The translations under genes and the position numbers were made by a program. Below, piece after piece: positions 32,012 to 41,197 of a DNA stretch of 64,000 nt (positions are counted from its first letter, which is position 1; every line of letters starts with the position of its first letter). The stretch is from Candidatus Eiseniibacteriota bacterium (GTDB taxonomy: Bacteria > Eisenbacteria > RBG-16-71-46 > CAIMUX01 > VGJL01), in contig CAWBWI010000006.1 of the NCBI GenBank assembly GCA_963792585.1, positions 192,001-256,000 on the forward strand. Direction: 5' to 3'. The notes beneath the pieces are model-generated. The model had not been told where the DNA came from and did no database searches. It worked only from the letters and a program-made list of their open reading frames with translations.

Positions 32012-33147
32012 CGGGTCGGAGCCTGCGAGGCGGCGCCAGGCCCCTTGATGCTGACCTTCGCCCCGGGGGTCAACCGGAGCTGTCCGTCGGTGACGACGCG
32101 CTCTCCGGCATCCAGGCCGCTTTCGATCACGATCCGGTGGTCGAGCGAGGGGCCGGTCTTCACCGGGCGCATCTCGACCGCCATGTCCGGCTTGATCACG
32201 TAGACGAATTCTCCCTGCTGCCCCGTCTGGACGGCCGTCGAGGGCGCAACGACTACCCCCCTCCGGACGGTGAGGGCGAGCGAAACGTTGACGAACTGGC
32301 CCGGCCAGAGGGCCCGGTCCTCGTTCGGGAAAACCGCCTTGAGCAGAATCGTCCCCGTCGCCTCATCGACCGCGTTGTCCACGAACGTGAGATCTCCTAC
32401 CGCCACGAGGCCGGAATCGGAAGGACTCACCGCCCGAACTTCAAGCGGACCCTCCGCCATGTACCGCCGGATCAAGCCGAGCTGCTGCTCGGGCACCGAG
32501 AAGGCGACCTGGATCGGCGCGAGCTGGTTGATCACGACGAGGGGAACGTCGTTTGCCTTCACGAGATTCCCCTCATGGATCAAGAGGTCTCCAATCCGCC
32601 CGGCAATCGGCGCGGTGATCGTGCAGTATTCGACGTCGAGCCGCGCGGCGGCCACGGCGGCCGAATCCCCCGCAACCGTTGCGGCGAGCGCCGCGGCGTT
32701 GGCCCGCACGTTGTCGAAGTCCTGCTTCGTCACATAGTCCTTCGCGATCAGTTCCGCGGTGCGCTCCACCTCGGCGCGCGCACTCGTGGCGCGGGCGCCG
32801 TCGCGGGCCAGGGCGGCCTCCGCCGACTGGAGCGCGGTGAGATAGGGGCGCGCATCGATCTTGAAGAGCAGCTCCCCTGGGCGGACGTCCTGGCCCTGCG
32901 TGACCGCCACGCGGGTCAGTTGCCCGCCGATTCGGGCGCGCACGGAGACCGTCTTGCTCGGTTCGACGGTTCCGATCGCGCGCACCGTCACCGGCACATC
33001 CTCGCGGCTGGTGTTTGCGGCGGTCACGGCGACCGGCGGCGGGCCCGTGGCTCCCTTCGCCTTCGGGTCATCCTGCGAGCATCCGCATGCGAGCGCCAGG
33101 ACGAGGCATCCCATGGAGATGATGAATCGTTTGCGGTCGAAGATCAT
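32008..33147 (-). CDS. RND efflux membrane-fusion (periplasmic adaptor) protein
   Basis: Lipoprotein-like N-terminus, AIGTVEP, ITAPIAGRIG, DNAVDEATGTI, LWPGQFV, VVTDGQLRL. Confidence 0.93.
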   Translation of the reverse strand: MIFDRKRFIISMGCLVLALACGCSQDDPKAKGATGPPPVAVTAANTSREDVPVTVRAIGTVEPSKTVSVRARIGGQLTRVAVTQGQDVRPGELLFKIDARPYLTALQSAEAALARDGARATSARAEVERTAELIAKDYVTKQDFDNVRANAAALAATVAGDSAAVAAARLDVEYCTITAPIAGRIGDLLIHEGNLVKANDVPLVVINQLAPIQVAFSVPEQQLGLIRRYMAEGPLEVRAVSPSDSGLVAVGDLTFVDNAVDEATGTILLKAVFPNEDRALWPGQFVNVSLALTVRRGVVVAPSTAVQTGQQGEFVYVIKPDMAVEMRPVKTGPSLDHRIVIESGLDAGERVVTDGQLRLTPGAKVSIKGPGAASQAPTR

Positions 33148-34586
33148 TGCGTCCCTTTCGTGTCGTCGAGACCCAGGGTGCCCGTGTCGTGAGCCAGCCG
33201 GGCGACTGCGATGAACCAGTCCCCCCGCGCCTGGACGCGCTGCGCCCGCGCGCGGTCGAGCGCCGCCTGTGCGGAGAGAAGATCGAGGAAACTGCCGACG
33301 CCCGCCTTGTAGCGCCCGAGGGCGACTTCCTGCGATTCCGTCGCGCTCTTGAGCAGGTCGTCGCTCGTCAACAGGCGCTGCTCGGCCGTCTTCAGGTCGT
33401 AGTAGCTCGTCCAGACCTGAAGGACCACCGTCTGCTCTGCGTTCTGGAGCCGCGCCGCCGCGAGGTCGGCCTCGGCACGGGCCTGCCGAACGTCATAGAG
33501 GTGGGAGAATCCCGTGAAGATTGGAACGCGCAGGCGAACCGAGGCGCCGTAGACATCGTCGAAGATCTCGGGGTTGTCGTCGTAGGTGCGGCCGATGGTC
33601 CCGCTGGCCGTGATCGCCGGGTAGCCCTCCGCCTTCACCTTTCGCAGGTGTGCGTGGGATTGAGCGGCCTGCGCGCGCGCGGCCGCGAGGTCGGGCCGCC
33701 GTCCCTGCGCGGTCGCCAGGAGATCCTCGACCGCCTCGGAGGTCTGCGTGATCGGCGGATCCTCGTGCGGGAGGTCGATGTCGAAGTCGACGTTGGCAGG
33801 CAGCCCCATCGACGTGGCGAGGGCGCCGCGCGTGACGGCGATCGCCCCCTGCGTCGTCTCGAGGTTCAGTTGAGCTTGCGACAGGGCGGTTCGGGCTTGC
33901 AGGACGTCGGCGATCGTTCCGAGACCCGCATCGTGCCGCGTGCGGGCGGCATCGAGGTTCGCCTGCGCCTCCTTGACGGTCGATTCCTGGGAGATGAGGA
34001 GGGTCTTCGCGGTGAAGTAGTCGTAGTACGCCTGCTCGACCTGGAGGATTACTCCCTGGATGGCGGCGTTGTGCTGCCAGTTCGCGGCATAGAGGGCCTG
34101 CCGCGTCTCGTCGACACCGGCTTTGCGCCCCCCGAAGTTGAACAGGAGGTAGCTCAGGTCGGCGGTCGGACCGTAGGTCCGCTGGAGCGTTGTTCCTTCT
34201 CCGCCCTGCTTCCCGATCTGCTGCCGGGTGTAGAAACCTCCCGCGCCGATCTCGGGAAGATATTCGCCACGCCGACTGCCATACGCGGCGGCGGCGGCCC
34301 GGGCCGCGGCCCAGGCGGCGCGGGTCTGCGAGCTGTTCCGCAGCGCGACGTCGACGATCGCCGTCAATGTCAGGCTATCGGCCGACGCGCGCAGCGCTTC
34401 AGGGATGGCCGGCGCGGGCGCGGTGGACGTCAGGCCGCTGGGCGCGAACGCGCCTCGGGGCGGCGTCCAGGGGCGCTCCGGCGCGGGCGAGGCGCCCGAC
34501 ATCCCGCCCACGTGGGGCGGATTGTGTGCGCAGGCGACGAGGGAGAGGATGCCGATGAAGAATGCGGAGGACGCAACGCGCCTCAT
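33144..34586 (-). CDS. TolC/OEP family outer-membrane efflux lipoprotein
   Basis: Lipobox LVAC; two OEP repeats (SYLLFNFGG, VPIFTGF); RYKAGVGSFLDLLSAQ. Confidence 0.92.
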   Translation of the reverse strand: MRRVASSAFFIGILSLVACAHNPPHVGGMSGASPAPERPWTPPRGAFAPSGLTSTAPAPAIPEALRASADSLTLTAIVDVALRNSSQTRAAWAAARAAAAAYGSRRGEYLPEIGAGGFYTRQQIGKQGGEGTTLQRTYGPTADLSYLLFNFGGRKAGVDETRQALYAANWQHNAAIQGVILQVEQAYYDYFTAKTLLISQESTVKEAQANLDAARTRHDAGLGTIADVLQARTALSQAQLNLETTQGAIAVTRGALATSMGLPANVDFDIDLPHEDPPITQTSEAVEDLLATAQGRRPDLAAARAQAAQSHAHLRKVKAEGYPAITASGTIGRTYDDNPEIFDDVYGASVRLRVPIFTGFSHLYDVRQARAEADLAAARLQNAEQTVVLQVWTSYYDLKTAEQRLLTSDDLLKSATESQEVALGRYKAGVGSFLDLLSAQAALDRARAQRVQARGDWFIAVARLAHDTGTLGLDDTKGTQ

Positions 34587-35209
34587 GCCCTGCCCTCTGC
34601 CGGCGCCGCAATCCCGTGCAGGAGGAGATCCAGCAGCGCTCTGGCGTCCGCCTCTACGGGATCGGGCGATTCGTTCATCAAACGCTGCCGGTTCAGCGAG
34701 ATGACGGAGTCCATGAACATGATCGCCACTTTGGTCTCATCGAGCGGCTTGAAGACTCCCTCCTGGACGCCGGCGCGCAAGACCGCCGCGATCCGATCGA
34801 GATGCTGGCGGAAACTGTCCCGCGCGCGACGCTGCTTCATGTCGGCCAGCGTCGTCTGCCGCTCCCAGAGCAGAACGCGGAAGAAGCCGCGGTTCCTGTC
34901 GAAGTAGACGAGATAGAGCAGTGCAAGGCGACGGAGTTTCTCTGCAGGCGAAAGATCCCCCTCGAGAAGGGCGCGGGCTTGCTCGCGCAGCGGCTCGAGG
35001 CTCGCCTCCTTCACCCACTCGAGGAGTTGCTGCTTGCTGCGGAAGTACCCGTAGAGGGTCGCCTTTGCCATGCCCGCCTCGGCGGCGACGCGCTCCATCG
35101 TCAGTCCCGACGCCCCTTCGGCCGACAGGATGTGGATCACGGCGTCCCGGACTTCATCTCGGGTCAGATTCGCCCACTGAACCCGGCGGCTCTTTCGATT
35201 TGCGCTCAT
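34583..35209 (-). CDS. TetR/AcrR family regulator
   Basis: N-terminal HTH TMERVAAEAGMAKATLYGYFRSKQQL; first gene of the efflux operon. Confidence 0.93.
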   Translation of the reverse strand: MSANRKSRRVQWANLTRDEVRDAVIHILSAEGASGLTMERVAAEAGMAKATLYGYFRSKQQLLEWVKEASLEPLREQARALLEGDLSPAEKLRRLALLYLVYFDRNRGFFRVLLWERQTTLADMKQRRARDSFRQHLDRIAAVLRAGVQEGVFKPLDETKVAIMFMDSVISLNRQRLMNESPDPVEADARALLDLLLHGIAAPAEGRA

Positions 35210-35241
35210 CGGTCACCCTTTCGGAATTCCCGAGTGTCTTC

Positions 35242-35297
35242 TCGACGTGTGGGTCGGATTCTCGACCCCACAGTCGGATTCTAGACCATCAGGTCTC
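35242..35297. promoter_or_regulatory. Three phased palindromic operator-like sites overlapping the tetR operon -10
   Basis: GAC-N6-GTC cores at 35244, 35264 and 35284 give an exact 20-bp period. TAGAAT on the minus strand at 35278-35283. Confidence 0.6.
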
Positions 35298-35596
35298 CTT
35301 GGACCGAGTGAGAACCACCTGTTCGCCCCGTAGTTCCCGGTGAAGCAGAGGAACCATGGGGCGACCGTCGAATCGTCATCCCTGTCCGCGGGACCCAAGC
35401 GCCTGCCCCCGTGCCGACGGCAACGAGTGGGCAAGCGCAGCGCGCGCCCCCCTGCGAGGGACCACATAACTTCAGTCATATGAATATGTTAGAGGTCAAC
35501 AATTTCCGGATCGACTCTCACCCACGCGCGGTCGATGAGTTACACGGAAGTACGACCGGCCCAGCAGACATCCCCCGGTCGGGAAAGGGCGCCACC

Positions 35597-36712
35597 ATGG
35601 CCACCGAACGTGCCGTATTCCTCGAGGTCATCGAATGGTTCGACGCTACCGGACGGGAGATTGTCCACCGGATCCCCGAGCACGGCTCGGGCGAGATCAA
35701 GTACGGAGCGCAGTTGACGGTCCGCGAAAGCCAGGCCGCGGTCCTCTTCTATCAGGGCAAGGCGTACGATGCGTTCGCTCCGGGACGGCACACGCTGAAG
35801 ACGGCGAACATCCCGATCCTGACCAAGATCGCGAGCATCCCCTGGGGGATGACAAGCCCGCTGCGGGCCGAGGTCGTCTTCGCGAATATGAAGGTCTTCA
35901 CCAACATGAAGTGGGGCACGCGCGATCCGGTCGCCTTCAGCGACTCGACTCTCGGTCTCGTGCGGCTGCGCGCGCACGGCGTCTTCAACCTCCGCGTCGT
36001 GCAGCCGGTCCTCTTCATCAATAGCCTCGTCGGGACCCAGGGGTCCTTCACGACGGATGATGTCGAGGAGTACCTGAACCGCGTCATCGTTTCGCGATTC
36101 AACGACCACCTTGGAGAACACCTCGCATCGCTGATCGACCTGCCGGGCCATTACGACGAGCTTTCAGAAAGCCTCTCCAAGCGCCTCTCGGAGGATTTCT
36201 CCCGCTTCGGGATGCAACTCACGGAGCTCTACATCAACTCGATCACTCCACCCGCGGAGGTGCAGCAGGCGATCGACGACAAGAGCCGCCTCGGCGTCTT
36301 CGACGATCTCGGCAAGCTGACCCGCATGAAGGCCGCCATGGCCATGGAGAAGGCCGCGGAATCGCAGGGCGAAGCGGGCGCCGGGATCGGGATGGGATTG
36401 GGGATCATGATGCCCGCGATGTTCGCCGACGCGCTCAGGGGCCGCGGTGAACCGGAACCGACCACGACCTGCGCGAAGTGCGACCATCCCGCCCCGCGTG
36501 ATGCCCGATTCTGCCCGAGTTGCGGTCACCAGCAACTGGTCTTCGCGAAGTGCGCGTCGTGCGCCAAGGATCTGCCGCCAGGGGCGTCGTTCTGCCCGAA
36601 GTGCGGGAAGTCGGCTTCGACACAGCCGGCCCCCAAGATCTGCGCGCACTGCGGCGCGGAGGAGCTGCCGGATGCAGTTTTCTGCAACAAGTGCGGGGAG
36701 AGGCTCGACTAG
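35597..36712 (+). CDS. SPFH (band 7-like, YdjI-type) domain protein with C-terminal zinc ribbons
   Basis: LTVRESQAAV, GRHTLKTANIPIL, KWGTRDP. Six CxxC pairs at the C-terminus (double zinc ribbons). Confidence 0.88.
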   Translation: MATERAVFLEVIEWFDATGREIVHRIPEHGSGEIKYGAQLTVRESQAAVLFYQGKAYDAFAPGRHTLKTANIPILTKIASIPWGMTSPLRAEVVFANMKVFTNMKWGTRDPVAFSDSTLGLVRLRAHGVFNLRVVQPVLFINSLVGTQGSFTTDDVEEYLNRVIVSRFNDHLGEHLASLIDLPGHYDELSESLSKRLSEDFSRFGMQLTELYINSITPPAEVQQAIDDKSRLGVFDDLGKLTRMKAAMAMEKAAESQGEAGAGIGMGLGIMMPAMFADALRGRGEPEPTTTCAKCDHPAPRDARFCPSCGHQQLVFAKCASCAKDLPPGASFCPKCGKSASTQPAPKICAHCGAEELPDAVFCNKCGERLD

Positions 36713-37943
36713 TCCCTCCTGGGCGATCGAGCAGCAATGTCCACAGTGCGGGGCGCCGGTCTGTCTCGATGAGACCGACCGGCTGCTCGTCTGCGACTAC
36801 TGCCGCGTCCGCTTGATCCTGGTCCCGCCACCGACCGTCCGTACCTTCCTCCCGCCGCGGAATGCGTCGCCCGACGGGCTGGTCTTCATTCCCTACTGGA
36901 GGATGAAGGGTCAAACGTGGTCGTTCGGCGCGGCCGGCATGCGCTCCTCGATCGTCGACATGACCCAGCGCGCGGCGACGTGCGCGGGCATGCCGCCTTC
37001 CCTCGGTGTCCGGCCGCAGGCGATGAAGCTGCGCTTCGTGACGCCGGAGACGCCGGGCCGCTTTGCGCGCCCCGGCGTTTCCTTCGAGGATGCGGTCGCG
37101 GCGCGGTGGAAGAGCATCGACGACCTCGAAGAAGAACCTCCCTTTCACCGGATCCTGATCGGAGAAACGGCGAGCGTTATCTACCAGCCGGTCCGATTCG
37201 GGAAAGGGCTCGAGGATGCGATCCTCGACCGTTCCCTGGGACCCGCACCCGCTGAGAGGCCGGATCTCGAGTCGCTCCCATCGAGCGGCTCCGAGTCGTC
37301 GATCCGCTTCCTTTCAACCGTCTGCCCAAACTGCGGAAGTGATCTCGTGGGCGAGCGCGACAGCCTGGTCCAGATTTGCAGTGGATGCCGGAGGGCTTGG
37401 ACGGTGGGCGGGGACGCCCTCGTGGAGTGCCCGTGCCGCGTTGTCGCGTCCGCCTTCGCGCCGGACATCCACCTCCCCTTCTGGAGGACGCGCGCGGCCG
37501 TGGACGGGCTCGATCTCCGCACCTTCGAGGACTTGATCCGCCACGCGCAGCTCCCGACGCTCGGTCGCTCATCGGCGCGGCGCAACGCCGCGATCTCCTT
37601 CTGGACGCCGGCGTTCAAGCTCCACCCGGAACACTGGGCGTGCATGGCGCGGACGTTCACACTGCGGCAGCCCGACGTCTGTTTGTCCGCCGAAGCGCCG
37701 AACGGAGACGTCATCCCCGTCACGTTGGCCGCGAAAGGGACGCCGGAGGCGATTCGCGTCGTCATTGCCACGCTGGCGGGAGTGAAGGAAGCGATCCTGC
37801 CCAAGATCGCCCGGATCCACGTCCGTGAAGCGACGTCGGAACTCGTGTACGTCCCGTTTCGCGCGAGCGCACACGAGATCTCCCATCCGGAGATGCTGGT
37901 TGCCCTGAGCCGGAACTTGCTTTCGTTTGGGCGGAACATCTAG
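36672..37943 (+). CDS. Zinc-ribbon-containing hypothetical protein
   Basis: ATG 36672 preceded by GGAGGAG. CPQCG...CDYC and CPNCG...CSGC, each followed by a P(Y/F)WR motif, suggesting an internal duplication. Confidence 0.7.
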   Translation: MQFSATSAGRGSTSPSWAIEQQCPQCGAPVCLDETDRLLVCDYCRVRLILVPPPTVRTFLPPRNASPDGLVFIPYWRMKGQTWSFGAAGMRSSIVDMTQRAATCAGMPPSLGVRPQAMKLRFVTPETPGRFARPGVSFEDAVAARWKSIDDLEEEPPFHRILIGETASVIYQPVRFGKGLEDAILDRSLGPAPAERPDLESLPSSGSESSIRFLSTVCPNCGSDLVGERDSLVQICSGCRRAWTVGGDALVECPCRVVASAFAPDIHLPFWRTRAAVDGLDLRTFEDLIRHAQLPTLGRSSARRNAAISFWTPAFKLHPEHWACMARTFTLRQPDVCLSAEAPNGDVIPVTLAAKGTPEAIRVVIATLAGVKEAILPKIARIHVREATSELVYVPFRASAHEISHPEMLVALSRNLLSFGRNI

Positions 37944-38100
37944 GCCAACGGCGGGGCTGCACCGAGATGGATGTCGACGGAATCGCCGCAGCCGAGCCGG
38001 GCAACGCTATTTCAATATCGACGGCCGCGGTGCCGCGGTGCCGATGATCGAGGCATCGACGAGACCGGCCACGCCATCGACGCTGCTACGCTTCTCCGCC

Positions 38101-38212
38101 GCCGGTTGCCCGCTGTGCCCCAGCGCCCGCCGGTGCTCGCTACGCCCCCAGTCCCCGCCGGTCGCCCGCTATGCCCCAGCGCCCGCCAGTGGCCCGCTAT
38201 TCCCCAGCACCC
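38101..38212. repeat. Four tandem 28-nt repeats overlapping the HNH gene stop
   Basis: gccggttgcccgctgtgccccagcgccc / gccggtgctcgctacgcccccagtcccc / gccggtcgcccgctatgccccagcgccc / gccagtggcccgctattccccagcaccc. Confidence 0.85.
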
Positions 38213-40911
38213 TCCGGCGCCGCCGCATCGAACGGCCCCTTCACCAGCCTGTTGCCCTTGTAGATCAACAGAGGCGGACCCTCCCGCCGCAGTCCCAGCA
38301 TGAACCGCAGCGCGTAAGGCGCGCGCCCGCCGATCGCCACGTACCCCGCATGGATCCCCCGGTGATGGTGCGTGTGACAGACCACCGAGAGATTCTCCGC
38401 ATCGTTCGTCCCCCCCTGCGATCTGGGCCGGTTGTGGCTCGTCTCCAGATGACTGCGACTCGTGCAACCCGGGATCACACAGCGATAGTGGTCCCGCTTC
38501 AGGATCTTCGAGCGCACCGGACGCCGCTCCGGGTCCTGCTGCTCCCAGATCTCCGTCACCTGCGCGAACAACACCGTCATCGCAGCCCACATCGGGATCC
38601 ACGGCCGCTCCTGTTTCCGATATCGGTTCATTACGTTCGATAAGTCTCCCGCAACCGTCAGCGGCGCCCAGAAACGGATCGTCACCTCCCGCCTCGCAGC
38701 GGCGGACGTTTGCCGGTCCGCATCTCCCGTCGCCGGCACGTCGTCCCACTGCCGCAACGCCAGCAGATGCACCAGCATCTCCAACCGATCCATGAGGATC
38801 GGATTCTCGGCAGGATCGCCGGATCCACCCGGAGGCAGCGGCGGGATCCCGTGCTGGAAGAGCGCGATCTCGATCGATTCCCGGTCCCCTCCCAGGGCCG
38901 CGATCAACGCCTCCTCCACCCGCGCCTGCGGGAACGGTTTGTCCGCCACGCGCCCCAGATCGCATTTCCTCAGCAGCTCCAGCAACCGGGACTCGCGCTG
39001 GAACTGCCGCCAGGTGACCTCCCGCGCCCGCGCGACGAACGGCCGGCGGGAGAACGAGGAGGACAGCCGTCGGATCAGGTGCGCCTGCATGATCGAGATC
39101 TCCCCCGCCCCGAAAGCTCTGGCAATCTCCTCGTCGCTCTCGAAAAGCAGCGACTCGGCCACCCGGTTACGCGCCGAGCGCTCGGAGAGGCGCAGGCGAT
39201 CCTCCACCAGCTCGGCCATCGAGCGGTAGCCGAGCAGGTCCATCGCCTGGGTGCGCCTCAGATCCCGCAGCAGGCGGGCGAAGAGGACCTTCTGCGGGGC
39301 CCGCAGGAGGTGGATCTGCCGGAGCGAAGAGAGCGCATCGTGGGGGGACTTCGGCTCGTGAGGCTCGATCAGATCGGCCACGTCCTTGATGTAGGCCCGC
39401 ACCTGGGTGAGCGTCTCCCGGGCATGGGCGATCGCTTCCTCCCGGTGCGGGACGTTGTCCCGGGGAATGATTGGAATCGACCGCCGCTCGGGATACCGCA
39501 GCGGCTCCTGCTGCGGACCGATCCCCAGCCAGTCGGTCTCCAGCAGCATGGCCTCGAAGCACTCATAGATCGGGGCATCGCGCCCGAGCACCTTGCGCGC
39601 GAGCTCCATCATCTGTTCGAAGACCACCTGGAAGCCCGCGGGTGCCGTGAAGGAGATCGTGCGCCCCTCGGGCTCATCCGGATGTTCCTCCCGGTGGCGG
39701 GCCTGATCGCGTTCGGACTTCTCCTTCAGGACCTGACGGGCCTGGAAGCGCAGCTCGCGCACGGAGAGGCGGGAGGCCGCCGATGCGCAGTCGAAGTCTG
39801 GGTTGAGGTGGGGGTGGGGGTGGGGGCGTGTCCCCTCCGGGGCAGGGCTCGTTGCATCGGTCGCCTCCGCGGCCGTTGCTGCCGCGGCGGTCGCCGGCAT
39901 CGCTGCGGCCGATACAGCCGCCGCCGATGCGGCCGAAGTAGCCTCCGCTGCCGCCACCGCCATGGCGGTCTCCCATTCCGCCAGGAAGGGCGCGACGGCG
40001 AGCGCCTGGCAGGCCGTCATCTTCCCGGCCAGGAACGCGCGCTCCATCGCCGGATGGCGCAGGAAGATGCGGTGCAGCGCGAGGCGCTCGCGCACCGTGC
40101 GCGGGCGGATTCCCACCACCTCGAGGGCGAGGCTGCTCAGGGATGCGAAGCCGCATTGTTCGACCCGATTGCCTTCGGCGAGCCAGGCCAGGAGGGAGGC
40201 CTGGGCGCGCAGGAGTTGCGCTTCGGTCGCCCGCGTGGCGATCGCCAGGGCGAGCGTCTCTTCGGCGAGGAGACCGAGCTCGGTCAGCGGCGTGCCCAGG
40301 CGGCCACGGCGCTCGTCGCGCGGGGTCGAAGCTGCGGAGCTGTTGCTGTCCGCGCGTTGGGACTTCTTGCCGTCCGTGCGTTTGGACTTCTTGGCGCCGC
40401 GCGACCGCTTCTCATCGCGCGATCGCTCGTCGGTCCGGGGCTCCTGCGCATCGCGCGATCTCGGCCCGCCGCTCGATCGCTTGCCCACACGGGATCCCTT
40501 CCTGGTACGAGGTCCCTTGGGGTCACGCACTCGTCCCGCTTCGAGCCGCTCCCTCGCGTCGTTCGATTCCAGCGTGTCGAGCCAGTCCTCCCAGGCACGC
40601 ACCTCTGCCGCTTCGAGAGGGTCGGCCTCGCCACGCGATTCCCTCATATCGAGTCTGTCCTCCCCACCACGCGCCTCGACCGCATCGATGGTGTCATCCC
40701 CACTACGCGACTCTACCGGGTCACGCGAGTCCAACGCGCCGCGCGCCTCTACGGCATCGGAGGGGTCGAACTCGCCACGCGCTTCACCCGCATCGAGCAT
40801 GTCCTCCCGACCACGCACTTCCACCGGGTCACGCGAGTCCATCGCTCCCGCCGACTCCTCCGCGCCGCGCGATTCGTTAGCGCCCGGCGATGTGCTTCCA
40901 TCGATTGACAT
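38197..40911 (-). CDS. Large HNH endonuclease-domain protein with a duplicated DUF222-like helical region and repetitive N-terminus
   Basis: C-terminal RDHYRCVIPGC...SHNRPRSQGGTNDAENLSVVCHTHH..IH. Two similar internal segments (GFASLSSLALEVVGI...AFLAGKMT and GYRSMAELVEDRLRL...AFGAGEIS). Confidence 0.82.
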   Translation of the reverse strand: MSIDGSTSPGANESRGAEESAGAMDSRDPVEVRGREDMLDAGEARGEFDPSDAVEARGALDSRDPVESRSGDDTIDAVEARGGEDRLDMRESRGEADPLEAAEVRAWEDWLDTLESNDARERLEAGRVRDPKGPRTRKGSRVGKRSSGGPRSRDAQEPRTDERSRDEKRSRGAKKSKRTDGKKSQRADSNSSAASTPRDERRGRLGTPLTELGLLAEETLALAIATRATEAQLLRAQASLLAWLAEGNRVEQCGFASLSSLALEVVGIRPRTVRERLALHRIFLRHPAMERAFLAGKMTACQALAVAPFLAEWETAMAVAAAEATSAASAAAVSAAAMPATAAAATAAEATDATSPAPEGTRPHPHPHLNPDFDCASAASRLSVRELRFQARQVLKEKSERDQARHREEHPDEPEGRTISFTAPAGFQVVFEQMMELARKVLGRDAPIYECFEAMLLETDWLGIGPQQEPLRYPERRSIPIIPRDNVPHREEAIAHARETLTQVRAYIKDVADLIEPHEPKSPHDALSSLRQIHLLRAPQKVLFARLLRDLRRTQAMDLLGYRSMAELVEDRLRLSERSARNRVAESLLFESDEEIARAFGAGEISIMQAHLIRRLSSSFSRRPFVARAREVTWRQFQRESRLLELLRKCDLGRVADKPFPQARVEEALIAALGGDRESIEIALFQHGIPPLPPGGSGDPAENPILMDRLEMLVHLLALRQWDDVPATGDADRQTSAAARREVTIRFWAPLTVAGDLSNVMNRYRKQERPWIPMWAAMTVLFAQVTEIWEQQDPERRPVRSKILKRDHYRCVIPGCTSRSHLETSHNRPRSQGGTNDAENLSVVCHTHHHRGIHAGYVAIGGRAPYALRFMLGLRREGPPLLIYKGNRLVKGPFDAAAPEGAGE
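40516..40839 (-). repeat. Nine degenerate 36-nt (12-aa) coding repeats, consensus D-x-x-D-x-x-E-x-R-G-x-x
   Basis: DSRDPVEVRGRE / DMLDAGEARGEF / DPSDAVEARGAL / DSRDPVESRSGD / DTIDAVEARGGE / DRLDMRESRGEA / DPLEAAEVRAWE / DWLDTLESNDAR / ERLEAGRVRDPK. Confidence 0.8.
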
Positions 40912-40925
40912 GGGCTTTGATAAAT

Positions 40926-40954
40926 ACCATACAACTGTACGTTAATGCAAGCAA
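40926..40954 (-). promoter_or_regulatory. Sigma70-like promoter of the HNH gene with an internal palindrome
   Basis: TTGCTT-N17-TATGGT in an AT-rich patch 14 nt upstream of the ATG. Palindrome TACA-AC-TGTA at 40930-40939. Confidence 0.5.
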
Positions 40955-41133
40955 GAACGTTCCACGCGCTGCAGATATTTTCGAGAAGAGCGATGGGGGT
41001 GATCGGCTCCCTGCGGTTCCATTCCTCGGAGGCAGGCACGTCGTTGGACCCTTGCGGTCGCCACCCCCGCAAGCGCCCCCCAACTCGTTGCATTGTCGAA
41101 GCTGCGCTGGCAGAGGTCCTCTGTCAAAGTGTC

Positions 41134-41162
41134 GAAGCCCGCAGGGACACCCTGCGGGCTTC
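41134..41162. terminator. Hairpin downstream of the porin gene
   Basis: Perfect 13-bp stem GAAGCCCGCAGGG-ACA-CCCTGCGGGCTTC. Confidence 0.6.
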
Positions 41163-41197
41163 AACCTGAGCCGGGCGGGACTCCTCGGCCGGAGGTC

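Noticed and set aside
29375..32203. Long antisense ORFs (e.g. 29375..32203, 38710..40908, 49329..51389, 7451..9202)
   Set aside because: These are typical high-GC shadow ORFs opposite well-supported genes, with no domain motifs.
38101..38212. 28-nt repeats as a mini-CRISPR
   Set aside because: The units are directly adjacent with no spacers, and no cas genes are present.
40516..40839. 36-nt periodic array next to an HNH domain as a TIGR-like or CRISPR-like guide array
   Set aside because: Variation is largely codon-structured (GAA/GAG, CGT/CGC, GAT/GAC), the frame stays open, and there are no invariant repeat blocks, box C/D motifs or unique spacers. It is best read as a coding repeat.
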